Below, piece after piece: positions 25,290 through 38,550 of a stretch of DNA of 64,000 nucleotides (the first letter of the stretch is position 1; each line of letters begins with the position of its first letter). Both the position numbers and the translations under genes were made by a program. The stretch is from positions 67,022,001-67,086,000 of the forward strand of contig OX597824.1 of the NCBI GenBank assembly GCA_951406725.2, written 5' to 3'. Under the pieces are notes generated by a model. The model had not been told where the DNA came from. It saw only the letters and a program-made list of their open reading frames with translations, and did not search any database. The stretch is from Octopus vulgaris. Taxonomy: Eukaryota.

Positions 25290-25619
25290 TTTTATTTACT
25301 TTACTTATTTCAGTCATTGGAATGGGGCCGAGCTGGGCTCTGCCTTGAAGGGTTTAGTTGAATAAATCAACCCAGTATTTACTTTATGTCGGGTGATTCT
25401 TCTACCAGTCTCTTTTTACCAGACTGTAAAGTCATGGGATATAAACAAACCAACACCCATTGTAAAGCAGCAGGGTAGAGAACACACACACACACATATA
25501 ACAAGCTTCCCCTCAGTTTTCATCTGTCAAACTCATTCGCACTGCATTGGTCAGCTTGGGCTATAGAAGAAGATACTTGTCCAAGATGCTGTACATTTAA
25601 AAGTGAACAGTGTTGCATG

Positions 25620-26162
25620 TCCAGCCCATTTAAGAGTACCCTTGATGCGTCAGGCAATATGATATGCTTGAGAAGACCTGTTGAGTCAAGTAAAACCAAA
25701 ATCATAACCATGGCCAGTGCCCTTTAACTGGCAACCATTCTGGTGGCATGTAAAATGCATCATCTGAATGTGGTCGATGCCAGTGTCCCTTGACTGGCTC
25801 CCGTGCCAGTGGAATGTAAAAAGCACCATCCGAACATGGTCAATGTCAGGTCCACCTGACTGGCTCCTGTGCTAGTGGCATGTAAAAAGCAACATCTGAA
25901 TATGGCTGATGCCAGTACCTGCTGACTCCCTTGCCGGTGGCATGTAAAAAGTACTTTCCAAATGTGATTGATGCCTGGCCTGCCTGACTGGCTCCTGTGC
26001 CAGTGGCACATAAAAAGCACCCACTACACTCTCAGAGTGGTTGCCATTAGGAAGGGCATCCAGCTGTAGAAACATTGCCAGATCAGATTGGAGCCTAGTG
26101 CAGCTGCTGGCTCTCCAGACCTCAGTCAAACAGTCCAACCCATAGCAGCATGATGATGATAA
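25620..26162 (+). mobile_element. RTE 3' UTR with about 5 internal ~57-bp tandem subrepeats
   Basis: Repeated tgactggctcc.gtgcc.gtggcatgtaaaaagcac units, then ggcatccagctgtagaaacattgccagatc and a GAT tail. Confidence 0.75.
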
Positions 26163-26197
26163 TGTATATATATCAGAAGGTTTATATATATATATAC

Positions 26198-26428
26198 ATT
26201 TCTTTACTACCCACAAGGGGCTAAACACAGAGAGGGACAAACAAGGAGAGACAAACGGATTAAGTCAATTACATCGACCCCAGTGCGTAACTGGTACTTA
26301 ATTTATCAACCCCGAAAGGATGAAAGGCAAAGTCGACCTTGGCGGAATTTGAACTCAGAATGTAACGGCAGACGAAATACGGCTACGCATTTCGCCCGGC
26401 GTGCTAATGTTTCTGCCAGCTCACCGCC
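26198..26428 (-). mobile_element. Young SINE family B (long-tail subtype) in (TA)n
   Basis: CpG-rich full copy tttctttactacccacaagggg...ctgccagctcaccgcct. Confidence 0.85.
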
Positions 26429-26460
<32 letters not shown>

Positions 26461-27706
26461 GCCTCTTTCAGTTTCTGTCTACCAAATTCACTTACAAGGC
26501 TTTGGTTGGCATGAGTTGATAGTAGAAAACACTTGCCCAAGGTGCCACAGAGGGGGACTGAACCTGGAACCATGTGGTTGGAAAGCAAGCTTCTTACCAC
26601 ACTGCCATGCCTGTGCCTATATATACACACACATACGCATGCACACACAGACATGCATACACATAAGCATGCATACATATGCACACGCACAGACTCACAC
26701 ACACACACACACATTTATAAAGAGCCAGTACAAATGGAAACTATTGCTCCCATGAGATCATTGTTTTGTAAAAAAATCAATGTGCACTTTACTTTTCTAA
26801 TAGAATGTTGATATATTTTTTTTCACATCAGGCTTCTTAATAACAGGAGCAGCATCTGGAAGTGGTCAACTGTTGATTGGCTGGAGGGGGTCATGGCTGG
26901 AGGGGGAAGTGGAATGTTGGCTCATTAGCTAAAGAAAATCACATGTATAGCATATATTTTTTTGTAAAACTGGTATGTCCTCTGTAACATCCCTCTGAAT
27001 TAAAAAAAAAACAGGTTGTGGTGGTGGTGATGATGATGACAGTAGTGATAGTGGTAGTAGTGGTGGTGGTGGTGCTGATAGAGGCTTTTTAACTTCTCTT
27101 TAAAAGACACTCTTACCTATATATCATCATCCCACCTCATGGAGCAATTATTTTGATTAGAGGTTTGTTATTTGTTATGGACATTTCTTGAATGGCTATT
27201 GTTAGCCAGAGGTCAGTGAAGGCAAATATTCTTAAAAGCAGTCATATGAATAAGCACTATGATGTCATCATTTTCTACACTAACAGCTGATATTACAAGC
27301 TAGTAAGTTTCAATATAGTCACTTGAAATGATTGTCATGGAAACCAAACCTTCCTTGACAGGCAGCAATGCTGTCTTTAATCTTACTGATATTAACATGC
27401 CCAAGATTGCCCTGGTTCTCATTTTAATGTGATCTAAATTAAAATCTTCCATCAAAATTTTACCTAAATTTATGTTCTGTGATACATGCTTCTTGCTTTA
27501 AAGTGATCAAATTAAAACCTTCCTTCAAAATTTTATGTAAATTTATGCTCCAAACACCAGCTTTACAATGACAAAGTTATTTTACTAAATTTTTTATTAT
27601 TTTCAAAGTTAATTGAAACAAAAGCAGTATATTTAAACAGAAAAAAAGCAAAAGGTTTAAATTGTGAACCACTTGTTCTATAAGCCCTAAGTTTTAGAAC
27701 AACCTA

Positions 27707-27940
27707 TTTCTTTACTACCCACAAGGGACTAAACACAGAGAGGACAAACAAGGACAGACAAACGGATTAAGTTGATTATATTGACCCCAGTGTGTAACTG
27801 GTACTTATTTAATCGACCCCAAAAGGATGAAAGGTAAAGTCGACCTCGGCGGAATTTGAACTCAGAACTTAACGGCAGACAAAATACGGCTACGCATTTC
27901 GCCCGGCATGCTAACGTTTCTGCCAGTTCACCGCCTTGTC
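27707..27940 (-). mobile_element. Young SINE family B with 17-bp TSD
   Basis: TSD agttttagaacaaccta at 27690-27706 and 27941-27957. Confidence 0.9.
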
Positions 27941-28574
27941 AGTTTTAGAACAACCTACTCACACAAGAAAACTAGATAGCCACACCTAACTGAACACTGG
28001 AAATGAGATAGTCAAGACAGGTCTAATGATCTTTGCACAGGAAACATGGTTCAGAGGATAGGAGTGACTGATTGGTGGACATAGTTACATGGGCAGTATA
28101 GTACGGTGAATAGGAGAGAGGGTGAATGATATATAGAAAGATAAATAATAAACAGGTGAGAAGGTATCCAGAGACAGGACAGGTAGTTGATGCAGGCTTA
28201 ATAGGGATATATTAGGTGAGAGAAATGTTATTCAGTCTACATCATTACTAATATTTCAGAATTTTTCTCACCATGCTTACAGGTATGTGCAGGTTCTCCT
28301 CAACACTGCTCACTGAAGTTCAACCAACTAACTGGATATTTTATATTTGTATATATATATATTGTGCTGCTGAACATTAGAGGTTGCTGGTAACCATTCA
28401 TTCAGAAAGCTTCATGCCATAGATGAACTTAAACTGATCAAATTAAGCTACTCAATGGAAATTTTATTGGGAGAAATATACAACCAAATAAATCCAAGGG
28501 CAGGATGTTAAACCAAAGGGATATTCTATGGGATTTGAATTCATAATGTCAATGGAGGTAATTAAGCAAGTAAG

Positions 28575-28925
28575 TTTTACTGGATGTGTAAGATAAGCAT
28601 TTATGAATGAGGTGAGAGAAAAGGTGTGTATAAGAAGAATCAGACTAAGATGTGTGCTAGAGAAGAGAAGACATTACTGGTATGGACATGTTATGCAAAT
28701 AGAGGATGTCAGTTTTATAAAGAAGTTTAGGGTCCTTGATGTGGACAGAATCTGTGGAAGAATGAGATCAAGGAAGATATGTAATAAAGTGGTGAAGATT
28801 GATCTCAAGATGCTGAGCTTTAAGAAAAAGATGACAAAGAACTATGATGATTGGTGATAAGCAGTGTTGGGGAGGACTTAGCAACTCCTGTAAGCATGGT
28901 GAAGCAAATATTGAAATGTTGATTG
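28575..28925 (+). pseudogene. Decayed RTE ORF C-terminus
   Basis: ORF 28603-28857 contains KRRHYWYGHVMQIED...CGRMRSRK...DLKML, the RTE C-terminal motif. Confidence 0.7.
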
Positions 28926-31789
28926 TGATGGAGGCTGGGTATATTATAATATATCAATATTTGGATCTCTCAGCCAACATGTACCTGTTGAATATCCATC
29001 TGCTGCCTGCTCTGCCTCTTAATGACCTCTTACTTCCCTATTATTCATCAGTATATCACACACCTTTTATCCTCTCTCTCCCACATTTTCTCTCTCTAAT
29101 TCACTGAAGTATGTTGCCAGTATAACTAAAGATATTAGTGAATCTCTCTTATTCGTTGTACCATGCATCCTCTGTAGTCATCACTAGACTTGTCTAGCCA
29201 TCTCATTTTTCTAATACTAATCTGTTTTCCTCTTACAGTGCCATGCCACTGTACCTACCTGTCCTCAATTCCTTCTACCACTATTCCATACTCAATACAC
29301 TCCCCACAACCTAATGAACTAACAGTCCTCATTCTCTTCCTCTCTCAGCCCTTACCACAGTCACTCTGTCTCTAGCATTATACTCTTGTAACCTTCTCAC
29401 GATTGTCCTGATTTTCTGTTATCACTGTCTCTGCCTAACCTCTTGGTCCTTTTGCATTGAGAAAATAGCACAGCATAAAGTAGTGAAGGCTTTTTAGTCT
29501 TATGGGGTAGAACATTAAAGTTGGTGTCATTATGAAATACACCAAATATACACTGTAAAGTGAATACTGATCAAGAAGAGACAACACATGGTCCAAAGGA
29601 TCCTTCAGCCTGGTAGAGAATGTGAACAATCTCTTATGGGTCAGTGACGTGCTAAAATGCACCCAATATGTTCTATAAAGAGATCAATGTTAGAAATGGG
29701 CTTCCTGCTGTAGAAACCAAGAAAAAAAATGTATAAACAAAACATGGTCCTTAATTGATCTAGAAGAACAGTAATTCTGAATAAGAGCAGACTCAGATTA
29801 TGACAACCTATCCCAACCCAGGCCAACAAAGAAAGTAGATGTAAAATGATAAAGTGATGATGAGGAGGAGGACAATGATATAAGTTATTCAGCATAATTC
29901 TTTACTATAGAGAAAATCAAACACTAACTATTCATTGTTATACATATATCTATTTGAGATGTAACCAAATACCACAAGGCACTTTATTACTTTATTAATT
30001 GCTCTATCAGTTCTGCCAATCCACAACCCTATTCATAGCTTAACATTAAAACGCAGACCAAATTCACTGCTGTAGACTCAGAGGCAATCACAAGGTGGGT
30101 GGAGGCTCTATGACCCAGTTTTGATTTTCCTTTGAGTTCATTTCTTTCTGTTACAGTGCTAATGTCTTTTAGAAAAGCATGAAAATCCTAGCATCTCATT
30201 TCTTCTTCTTTACATATAATATATATATATGATCTTTTACTTAATCAAAGAAAAAAAAAAATGAATGAAAAGCATCAGACCAAGACAGTGAAATTTCAGA
30301 AATGGCACAGCATGAAATTAAAAGCCTTACCATATTTGTCTCTCTACTCCCTTAGTGATTGAAATTTTGCAGGAGTTCACTCTGCTTTTCATCCTTAAGG
30401 AATTGATAAAAATTAATACTAGTTATAATATTTGGTTTGGTTCAATTATTAAATCTTGTTTCTTACAAATTTTGGTTTTGTGCCAATTAAAATGGAACGG
30501 AACTGGGAGAACGGTGAGCAAAATGCCTTGCAGCATTTAGTTGCATACCTTCAACATTCTGAGATTAAATCCAGTTGAAATCAACCTTCCTTTACATCTT
30601 TCTGGGTTTGATAAAAACTGTAGCATTGTGTATATATCTAATGTGTATGTACATATAGGCTAGTACTCCTATTGCATCTGTACCTTTTGCTCCTCCTTCT
30701 GATACTGTGTAATTAAGCAGGTGAAAACAATTTATGAAGTTAAGTTAGCCAAAGATGTTATCAGGGTCCAGTGAGATGGTGATATGGCTTCCAGTTATCC
30801 ACGGAGTTATCTTGATATGACAAATATTTACTGCTATATAAACAGACTGCACATATTTGTATACAGAGAATTGGGTTGGTGGTGTTGGTGGTGCTTTCTA
30901 CTTATTAATAAGGGTGGAGAAAAGAAGAAAGGAAAATAACAAGAGGAGAGAAGGGTTTGCTTAGAGAGATTTACAGACTTGATAATATCTTCTAAATTTG
31001 ACTAGCAAAATTGGAAAGGCATTACTTACTAATGAGCCGGAGGATTGCAATAAAAGAGAGATATACAGAAAACAAACACTCACACACACACAAACCAACA
31101 CATGTGTATATATATTACATAGATACAAATCCCAAATGTGCAAGTACATTGAATACATACAGAACAAACATTCATATATAGACACCTAAATACCTATATA
31201 TACTATCTTGGGATCCTCAAAATCAAGAGAGAGATATCAACCTGGTGGTGGATGCCAGAGTATAAAGATTGTAATGTAGAATAGGGATGTTACAGATCCG
31301 TTCTCAAACACAGCCCTTAATCACAGCCAAGGAGTCCAGATCCAGATCACTGGATCTAGACTAAACGAGGGCAGTCTGGTCTGAAAATGAATATCGGAGT
31401 TGTTTCTCCTTCTTGTTCTCATCACTGGCCAATGGGTACAGTTAAATCTAGAGCAGCAATCTAATGAAACATTCAGCAATTTTACAGTGCTGCTACTACT
31501 ACTTCTGCTGGTGGTATAAAGTTGTAGCTAGATGGTCTGAGGCATTTGAAAGTTACATATAATATTATACGTAAACCTACACATGCAGTTATATGAGAGA
31601 TAGTAATCCTTTATCCAAAATACTTGGGGCTAGAAGTGCTTTGTATTTTAATTTTCTTTCTTTTTCTTTATTTTGAAATGATTGCGTATTTACAGTAGAG
31701 AGCAAGAATATGGAGTGATTTAGAGAACAGAACAGCATGACCTGAGACTCAAGTCTAATACGTTTTTCATAGACATTTAACTGGCACTA

Positions 31790-32112
31790 TGTCAATTATG
31801 ATTATGAGGGTTCCAGTTAATCTGATCAACAGAACAGCTACTCGTGAAGTTAATGTTCAAGTGGCTGAGTACTCTACAGACACACATACCCTTAACACAG
31901 TTCTAAGGGAGATTCAGTGTGACTCAGAATGTGACAAGGCTGACCTTTTAAATCACAAATACAACTCATTTTTATCAGCTGAGTGGACTGGAGCAACATG
32001 AAATAAAGAGTCTTGCTCAAGGACACAATAACCCCCCACCCACCCAGCAATCAAACTCACAACCTTATGATCATGAGATAAATACCCTAACCACTGAGCC
32101 ATGTGCCTTCAC
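31790..32112 (-). mobile_element. tRNA-derived SINE (head related to 22347 copy, different tail)
   Basis: Minus head gtgaaggcacatggctcagtggttaggg, CORE-like tgtgtccttgagcaagac, gttgctccagtccactcagctg. Confidence 0.7.
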
Positions 32113-32185
32113 TTATTTTGTTTTAATTAACATTTAGATAGCGCAGGTTATATACATATACTATGAAGGTAATTTTATATAATAC

Positions 32186-32409
32186 AAGGTGGCAGAAACG
32201 TTAGCACGCCAGGTGAAATTCTTAGCAGTATTTCGTCTGCCACTACGTTCTGAGTTCAAATTCCGCTGAGGTCGACTTTGCCTTTCATCCTTTCGGGGTT
32301 GATTAAATAAGTACCAGTTATGCACCGGGGTCGATATAATCGACTTAATCTGTTTGTCTGTCCTTGTTTGTCCTGTCTGTGTTTAGCCTCTTGTGGGTAG
32401 TAAAGAAAT
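32186..32409 (+). mobile_element. Young SINE family B with 16-bp TSD
   Basis: TSD aggtaattttatataa at 32167-32182 and 32410-32425. Confidence 0.85.
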
Positions 32410-33518
32410 AGGTAATTTTATATAAATTTGATGCTAATCCGGTATCATCTAACTTGTAACAATTTCATTTTGGGGAGCCTAGCTTTCACCAAAACAAATC
32501 TACTCCTGACACTTTCATCCACCCCAGGGCAGGTGAAGTGTTGAAGTTACTTTCCACAGATGGCAATACCAACAAAACTTGCAACAACTGTTCAGTTCCA
32601 GGGAATCTTTAAAATGTTTTCTGGGACATTATATCTGAAAAAAAAAAATTTGCTATTTTGGAGCTTTTTCAAACATAGTTCCACTTCATGTTCTACATTA
32701 TACTAAACCACACCACTCTGCACCATACCCTCATCTGTGCAATACACTAGAGCAAACCATGACGAATTCTTACTCTCTACACTACACCATACCATATTCC
32801 TGCTCTCAGCATCACACCACTCCACCTCCCAACTATACATCATGTTCCACTCATATTGCTACTATTAATACAGTCTGCTTCACAAAGAAAATAATTCAAT
32901 GATTAGGAACTTTTAATTACAATCATACACACACACACACAAACACATACACATGCAAAATGCATCTCTATATAGTCACTCAGTTTGCTAAAAATAGAAA
33001 CCAAATCTCCCACTAATTAAATGATACAATTTTAAATAAAGTATATGTTGAGCAATATAATCCCTATGTTAACAAACTGTTGGGATGGTCACGGTTGGAA
33101 TGCCTTTTATCATACTTCTGTTCAATCATTACTGACCTACAGCTAAACAACAACACGCATACATGAAGCACAGAAAATGCACACACACAATGTGCACACA
33201 TATACACATACACAATGTTCACACAAAGAACACACACACATGCATACACACACAAACGAACACATATACACATCCCTTTATATAACAGCAGGTGTTCCCT
33301 AACTCAAGCATACCCCTAAAATGAAGTGTTGCTAAGCAACATATCATTGTTCCCTTTGCGAAATAATACCCATCCTGGGAAAACCTTTTGTTATTCTTTT
33401 CTCTTCCCTTTTCCACTACTCACCCTCCTTTAACAGTCTTCCTCTTCCTACCTCTTTTTCTCATTTCATAGTACCCCTTAAAATATGATGACTGAAAGGA
33501 CCTGAGGTAAGATGACAG

Positions 33519-33603
33519 TCACAGTTGTTAGATTATTTCTCTTCATGGTTCATTTGGCAATATAGGCAGGTGTGGGCTTTAGTATTCTTTCGATTTCCAT
33601 GTG

Positions 33604-33684
<81 letters not shown>

Positions 33685-33820
33685 ATATATATATATTCAC
33701 AGTTGTTAGATTATTTCTCTTCATGGTTCATTTGGCAATATAGGCAGGTGTGGGCTTTAGTATTCTTTCGATTTCCATGTGTCTATGTATGTGAGTGTGT
33801 GTGTGTACATATATATATTC
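33519..33820 (+). repeat. Tandem duplication of a 92-bp unique segment plus (GT)n
   Basis: 33519-33610 appears identical to 33697-33788; the following microsatellites differ in length. Confidence 0.9.
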
Positions 33821-34038
33821 TTTTATTATTTTACTTGTTTCAGTCATTTGACTGCGGCCATGCTGGAGCACCACATTAAAAGGTTTTAGTTGAAGAAATC
33901 AACCCCAGGACTTATCCTTTGTAAGCCTAGTACGTAATCTATTGATTTCTTTTGCTGAGAGGAGCATAAACACACCAACATTGGTTGTCAAGCAATAACA
34001 GGGGGACAAACAGACACAAAGACACATATATATATAAG

Positions 34039-34071
<33 letters not shown>

Positions 34072-34146
34072 GATGGGCTTCTTTCAGTTTCTGTCTACCA
34101 AGTCCCCTCACAAGGCCTTGGTCAGCTCAAGGCTATAGTAGAAGAC
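33820..34146 (-). mobile_element. SINE family A, 5'-truncated
   Basis: ttttacttgtttcagtcatttgactgcggccatgctggagcacc tail through gctatagtagaagac. Confidence 0.8.
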
Positions 34147-34149
34147 TTA

Positions 34150-34542
34150 CCCACTCTGAACGTCTTGCTTCCCTGGGCATGGACACATTAAAGCTCCAAT
34201 TCCAGCAACTGACTCCATAGATACCAACAAGGTTATACCACATAGCCATGTCAGCTTTTATGTACTCCCTCTACAAACAATACTAATCTTAAGAAATCTG
34301 CTAGTGAACATGACCTGGGCATTATTGTCAACAGCAATTTGCATTGGACAAACTACATTTTTAAAATTGTCAAGAAGGCCTAGGATGTCTTAGCATCACT
34401 CAGTAAGATCTTCGTCAGCTTTTCTCCATCCTTTTCTGACTTTTTGTGTACTATTCTATGTACTGAACATGAACTTTTGGCTACCTTTTCTGATGAGTTG
34501 TAGAGCATCACCCAGCATGCCAGTCACATGGAAACTGTTCAG

Positions 34543-34545
<3 letters not shown>
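34150..34545 (+). pseudogene. Rearranged CR1-type RT fragments
   Basis: NLKKSASEHDLGIIVNSNLHWTNYIFKIVKKA matches the CR1 E.DLG..V...L.W..HI motif. Confidence 0.65.
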
Positions 34546-34585
<40 letters not shown>

Positions 34586-34709
34586 TATGGGGTTGGGTAG
34601 CTATATCAATGTGGATGCATGTATGGGTGGACGGGTGAGAGTTTCTTTAGCTTTTGATCTGAGTGAGTCAGAGATAGTCAGAAAGAAAAGAAGTAAGGCA
34701 GTGAAAATG

Positions 34710-34754
<45 letters not shown>

Positions 34755-35485
34755 AGGGAGAAAGAGAAAGGGAGAGAGAGAGAGAAAGAGAGGGAGAAAG
34801 AGAAAGTGAGAGAGAGAGAGAGGGAGAAAGAGAAAGGGAGAGAGAGAGAGATAGAGAAAGTATGTGAGATGTAGATGTATGGTTGTGTAAGTGAGTGGTT
34901 TCCTTAATGTAGATATGAACTTAGTAGGTCGGCAAAAGAAACCAACAAAATAAGTACCAGGCCTAAAAAGATATAAGTACTGGGGTTGATTCACTTGACT
35001 AAAACTCTTTAAAGTGATGCTCCAGCATGGCTACAATCTAATGATTGAAACAAGTAAAAGATAAAAGACGAAAGACATGTCTGTGAATGTGGACATGTGG
35101 GTGAATTTCCTAAGTTATAGGTTGTCGGAGTTTCCTTTGAAAACCTTCTCTTTCTGTGATCATGAATCTCAGATAATTCAATTTGACTAAGTTCATCCCC
35201 CTCCAAGCAGCAATCAAAGGAAGATCTGAACTCAGTACAACAACTTAAAACATAAAATGATCACATCCCATCTTCATGAAGCAGTGAGTGGCATATGAAT
35301 ATATGAAGTCATGGAAGGGTTCTGCCTCAAAGCAAAATTGTTTATTTCATCTGCTTGCATACTTTTATCTATTTATGAATAACTAATTGGGCTGAGTACA
35401 GCAGGCAAGTGCACTTCCTATATACATAAAACATAAAGAAAATGCACATATACTGTGCATGCACGACAGTCACACTCTCAGGATG

Positions 35486-35568
<83 letters not shown>

Positions 35569-35679
35569 CTAGCTTTCAATGTACACACAACTCACACACA
35601 CCCAGTGTGAGCACATAACACACATCCATAAACCAAATTTCACACAGTGTCACACAAATTTATATAACGTATGTTCATG

Positions 35680-35712
<33 letters not shown>

Positions 35713-36159
35713 CAAATAGACAGAGCAACACCCCTTTGCAAAACAGCAGGTGTTGACTTATTCAGATGAGCCCCTAAAATGACTTACAGCAGATGAACAC
35801 ATCATGTTCAAATAAGGATCTATTTGAAGGGAGCATGAAAAATGTTATCAAGGTAAGCATATCAAGAAAATATTTATGAAGGTGAAAGTTTAATTATGTT
35901 CAGTTAGGCACAAGCGGCTGAAAAAACCTAGCAAAAATGTTCCAGTGACTCTGGGCATGACTCTGCATTCTGCAGACAACCTTTCTCGTAATTTTTGCTG
36001 GAAATAGGTACCAAACCTTCTAAGTGATGAGTAGATGAATCAGCAGATGATGTATAAAGGCCTGGATGGAAAGAGTATAGAACTAATTAGTTCTGCGATC
36101 CAAAGTACATTAAAACACGTCAACATATGGTGGTAATGATTTAAAGGGAGTTAACTGCA

Positions 36160-36582
36160 ATGGATGGAACTTGTGGAAGAGGGAGACTCAGGAAGACAGG
36201 GACAAAGTACTGAAGGATGACCTTGGGACACTGAACCTTTCAGAGCAGATAACAAAGGACCAAGTTATTTGGCACCTTGCTGTACTCCAAAAGAACCCCC
36301 ACAGCAGAAATGTTAAGGCAACTTCTCCTGATGAAGGGGATTGGCCTGCAAGAGTCCTGGGCCAGTGCCATGTAAAAGTACTCGTGTCAGTGCCATGTTA
36401 AAAGCACCCAGCACACACTGACTGTAAAGTGGTTGGCTTTAAGAAAGGAATCCAGCCATAGAAACCAGGCTAAATCAAACTAGAACCTGGTGTGGCTCTC
36501 CTGCTTGCCAGCTCTGGTCAAACTGTCCAACCCATGCCAGCATAGAAAATGAACGTTAAAGGACAATGATAATAATGATGAT
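36160..36582 (+). mobile_element. RTE LINE 3' end
   Basis: GTCGRGR...KVLKDDLGTLNLSEQITKDQVIWHLAVLQK followed by the RTE 3' UTR motif and a GAT tail. Confidence 0.75.
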
Positions 36583-37299
36583 TTTCTTTCATACTTTGGC
36601 TAAGATTTGTCCCAGAAAGAAATGTGTGTAGGCTGACTCAAGATGGAATTTATTCCTTATATTTATGTTACACTAAGGTGAGAAATTGACAAAATCATTG
36701 GCGAGAAATTGGAGAAATGCCTTGTTGTATTTGATCTGGCTTTTTAGATATTGAATGCAAGTCTCACTAAGGTCAAGTTTCCCTTTCATTCTCTATGTAA
36801 ACCATAAGATGGTGATGGTGATGATGATGAAGAAGAAGAAGAAGAAAAAGAAAAGAAGAATAACAACAACAACAACAAATAATATCTGATGGAAGTCAAC
36901 AAGAAATGAAAGAATATTAAAGTATTCTTTCATGAAAAATGCAGGGAAAGCACAGGGCATTGGTCAAGATTGTCACCAGGAGCTGATCTTACAATCTGAT
37001 AGTGCAGAAACGAATACCGCTCTAAAATATTTTACTATTGTTCATGGAATCCTACTTCTTTCTCCTATTTTATTATTAATTTCAACAACATTGGCACCAA
37101 ACCAGAAGTCATGCAGAAGCTGCAGTCAATTAAATCAATCACAGTAACTTGACTAGTTTTTATTTTAGCAAGCCAAATCAATGAAATGCAAAGTTGACCC
37201 ATGGTAGGATACATCTGAACTCAGAATGTAAAGGAACACGATTAACAACAATTTATTACACAAACATTTTGCTATACACTGATCTCCTATATTATCATT

Positions 37300-38550
37300 A
37301 TCATTAAAATAAGAACCAGTTGAACTCTGGGGTAGATGTAATTGACTTAGCCCTCCCCTGAAATCACTGGTCTTGTGCCAAGATGGGAAACGATGATGAT
37401 TATTATTATTATTATTAGAAGGTGGTGAGTTGGCAGAATCGTTAGCTAGCTGGACAAAATGCATAGCAGTATTTTGCCCAGTGCTACATTCTGAGTTCAA
37501 ATTCTGCCAGGGTTGACTTTGCTTTTTATCCTTTCGGGGTCAATTAAATAAGTACCAGTTATGCACTGGGGTCGATGAAACTGACTAGCCCCCTCCCCCA
37601 AATTTCAGGCCTTGTGCCTATAGTAGAAAGAATTATTATTATTATTATATAAAGACGGTGAGCTGGCAGAATTGTTAGCACACTGGATGAAATACTTAGC
37701 AGTATTTTGCCCAACACTATGTTCTGAGTTCAAATTCCCTCGGGGTTGACTTTGCCTTTCATCCTTAAGGGATCGATAAATTAAGTACCAGTGAAACACT
37801 GGGGTTGATGAATTCAACTTAACGCCTCCCTCAAATTTATTGCTCTTACGACAAAATTTGAAACCAGTCTTATTTAATAATAGATAAGTTGACGAGTTGG
37901 CAAAATTGTTAGTACACTAGTCGAAGTGTTAAGTGGCATTTCATCCATCTTCATATTTTGAATACAAATTTTGCTGAGGCCAACTTTGCCTTTCATCCCT
38001 TTAGGGTTGATAAATCAAGTACCAGTCAAGTACTGGGGTTGATGTAATCAACTAGTCCCCACCCATAAAACTTCAGGCCATGTGCCTATAGTAGAAAAAA
38101 TTATTATTATTACTATTAGATAATTATTAATGTTGGGGAAAATGCATTGTGACATTTCTTCCAGCTCTCTATGTTCTAAGTTCAGATCTCACTAAAGTTG
38201 CCTTTGCCTTTCATCCTTTCAAGATTTGTTTTTCTTTTTTTTTTGTGGACTGAGAGGCTGGTTTATTAGAGACCCCCTCCATAAGGTCTTTTTTCTTTTT
38301 TAGTGGACCAGGAGGAGGTAGTGAGGATATAGGGCCTTACTTTGGTTGAGAGTAAATATGATAAATTTTGTCCTATTTATCATGTTTACTCTCAATTGAA
38401 ATAAGGTCCTATAACCTCACTACCTACTCCTGGTCCCCTAAAAAAAGAAAAAAGACCTTATGGAGGGGGTCTCTAATAAACCAGCCTCTCTGTCCACAAA
38501 AGAAAAAAAAGTACTGGGGTCAATGGTATGGACTAGCACCTCCCCTCAAA
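37300..38550 (+). mobile_element. Head-to-tail array of about 5 SINE family-B copies with (ATT)n spacers
   Basis: aagg.ggtgag.tggcagaat.gttagc...ttctgagttcaaatt units at ~37419, 37652, 37885, 38130. Confidence 0.8.
38241..38501. mobile_element. Palindromic MITE/fold-back (about 126-bp arms, 8-bp loop) inside a SINE
   Basis: ttttgtggactgagaggctggtttattagagaccccctccataaggtc... versus ...gaccttatggagggggtctctaataaaccagcctctctgtccacaaaa; loop 38367-38374. Confidence 0.85.

Noticed and set aside
31360-31445. Protein-like minus frame YPLASDENKKEKQLRYSFSDQTALV*
   Set aside because: In-frame TAA immediately upstream, after the only nearby acceptor.
33472-33506. Plus-strand 35-nt microexon (pyrimidine tract-TAG ... 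GAG|GTAAGA) or C/D-box snoRNA (ATGATGA...CTGA)
   Set aside because: Stops in all three frames, no partner exons on +, and too short for a snoRNA. A non-coding exon cannot be excluded without RNA data.
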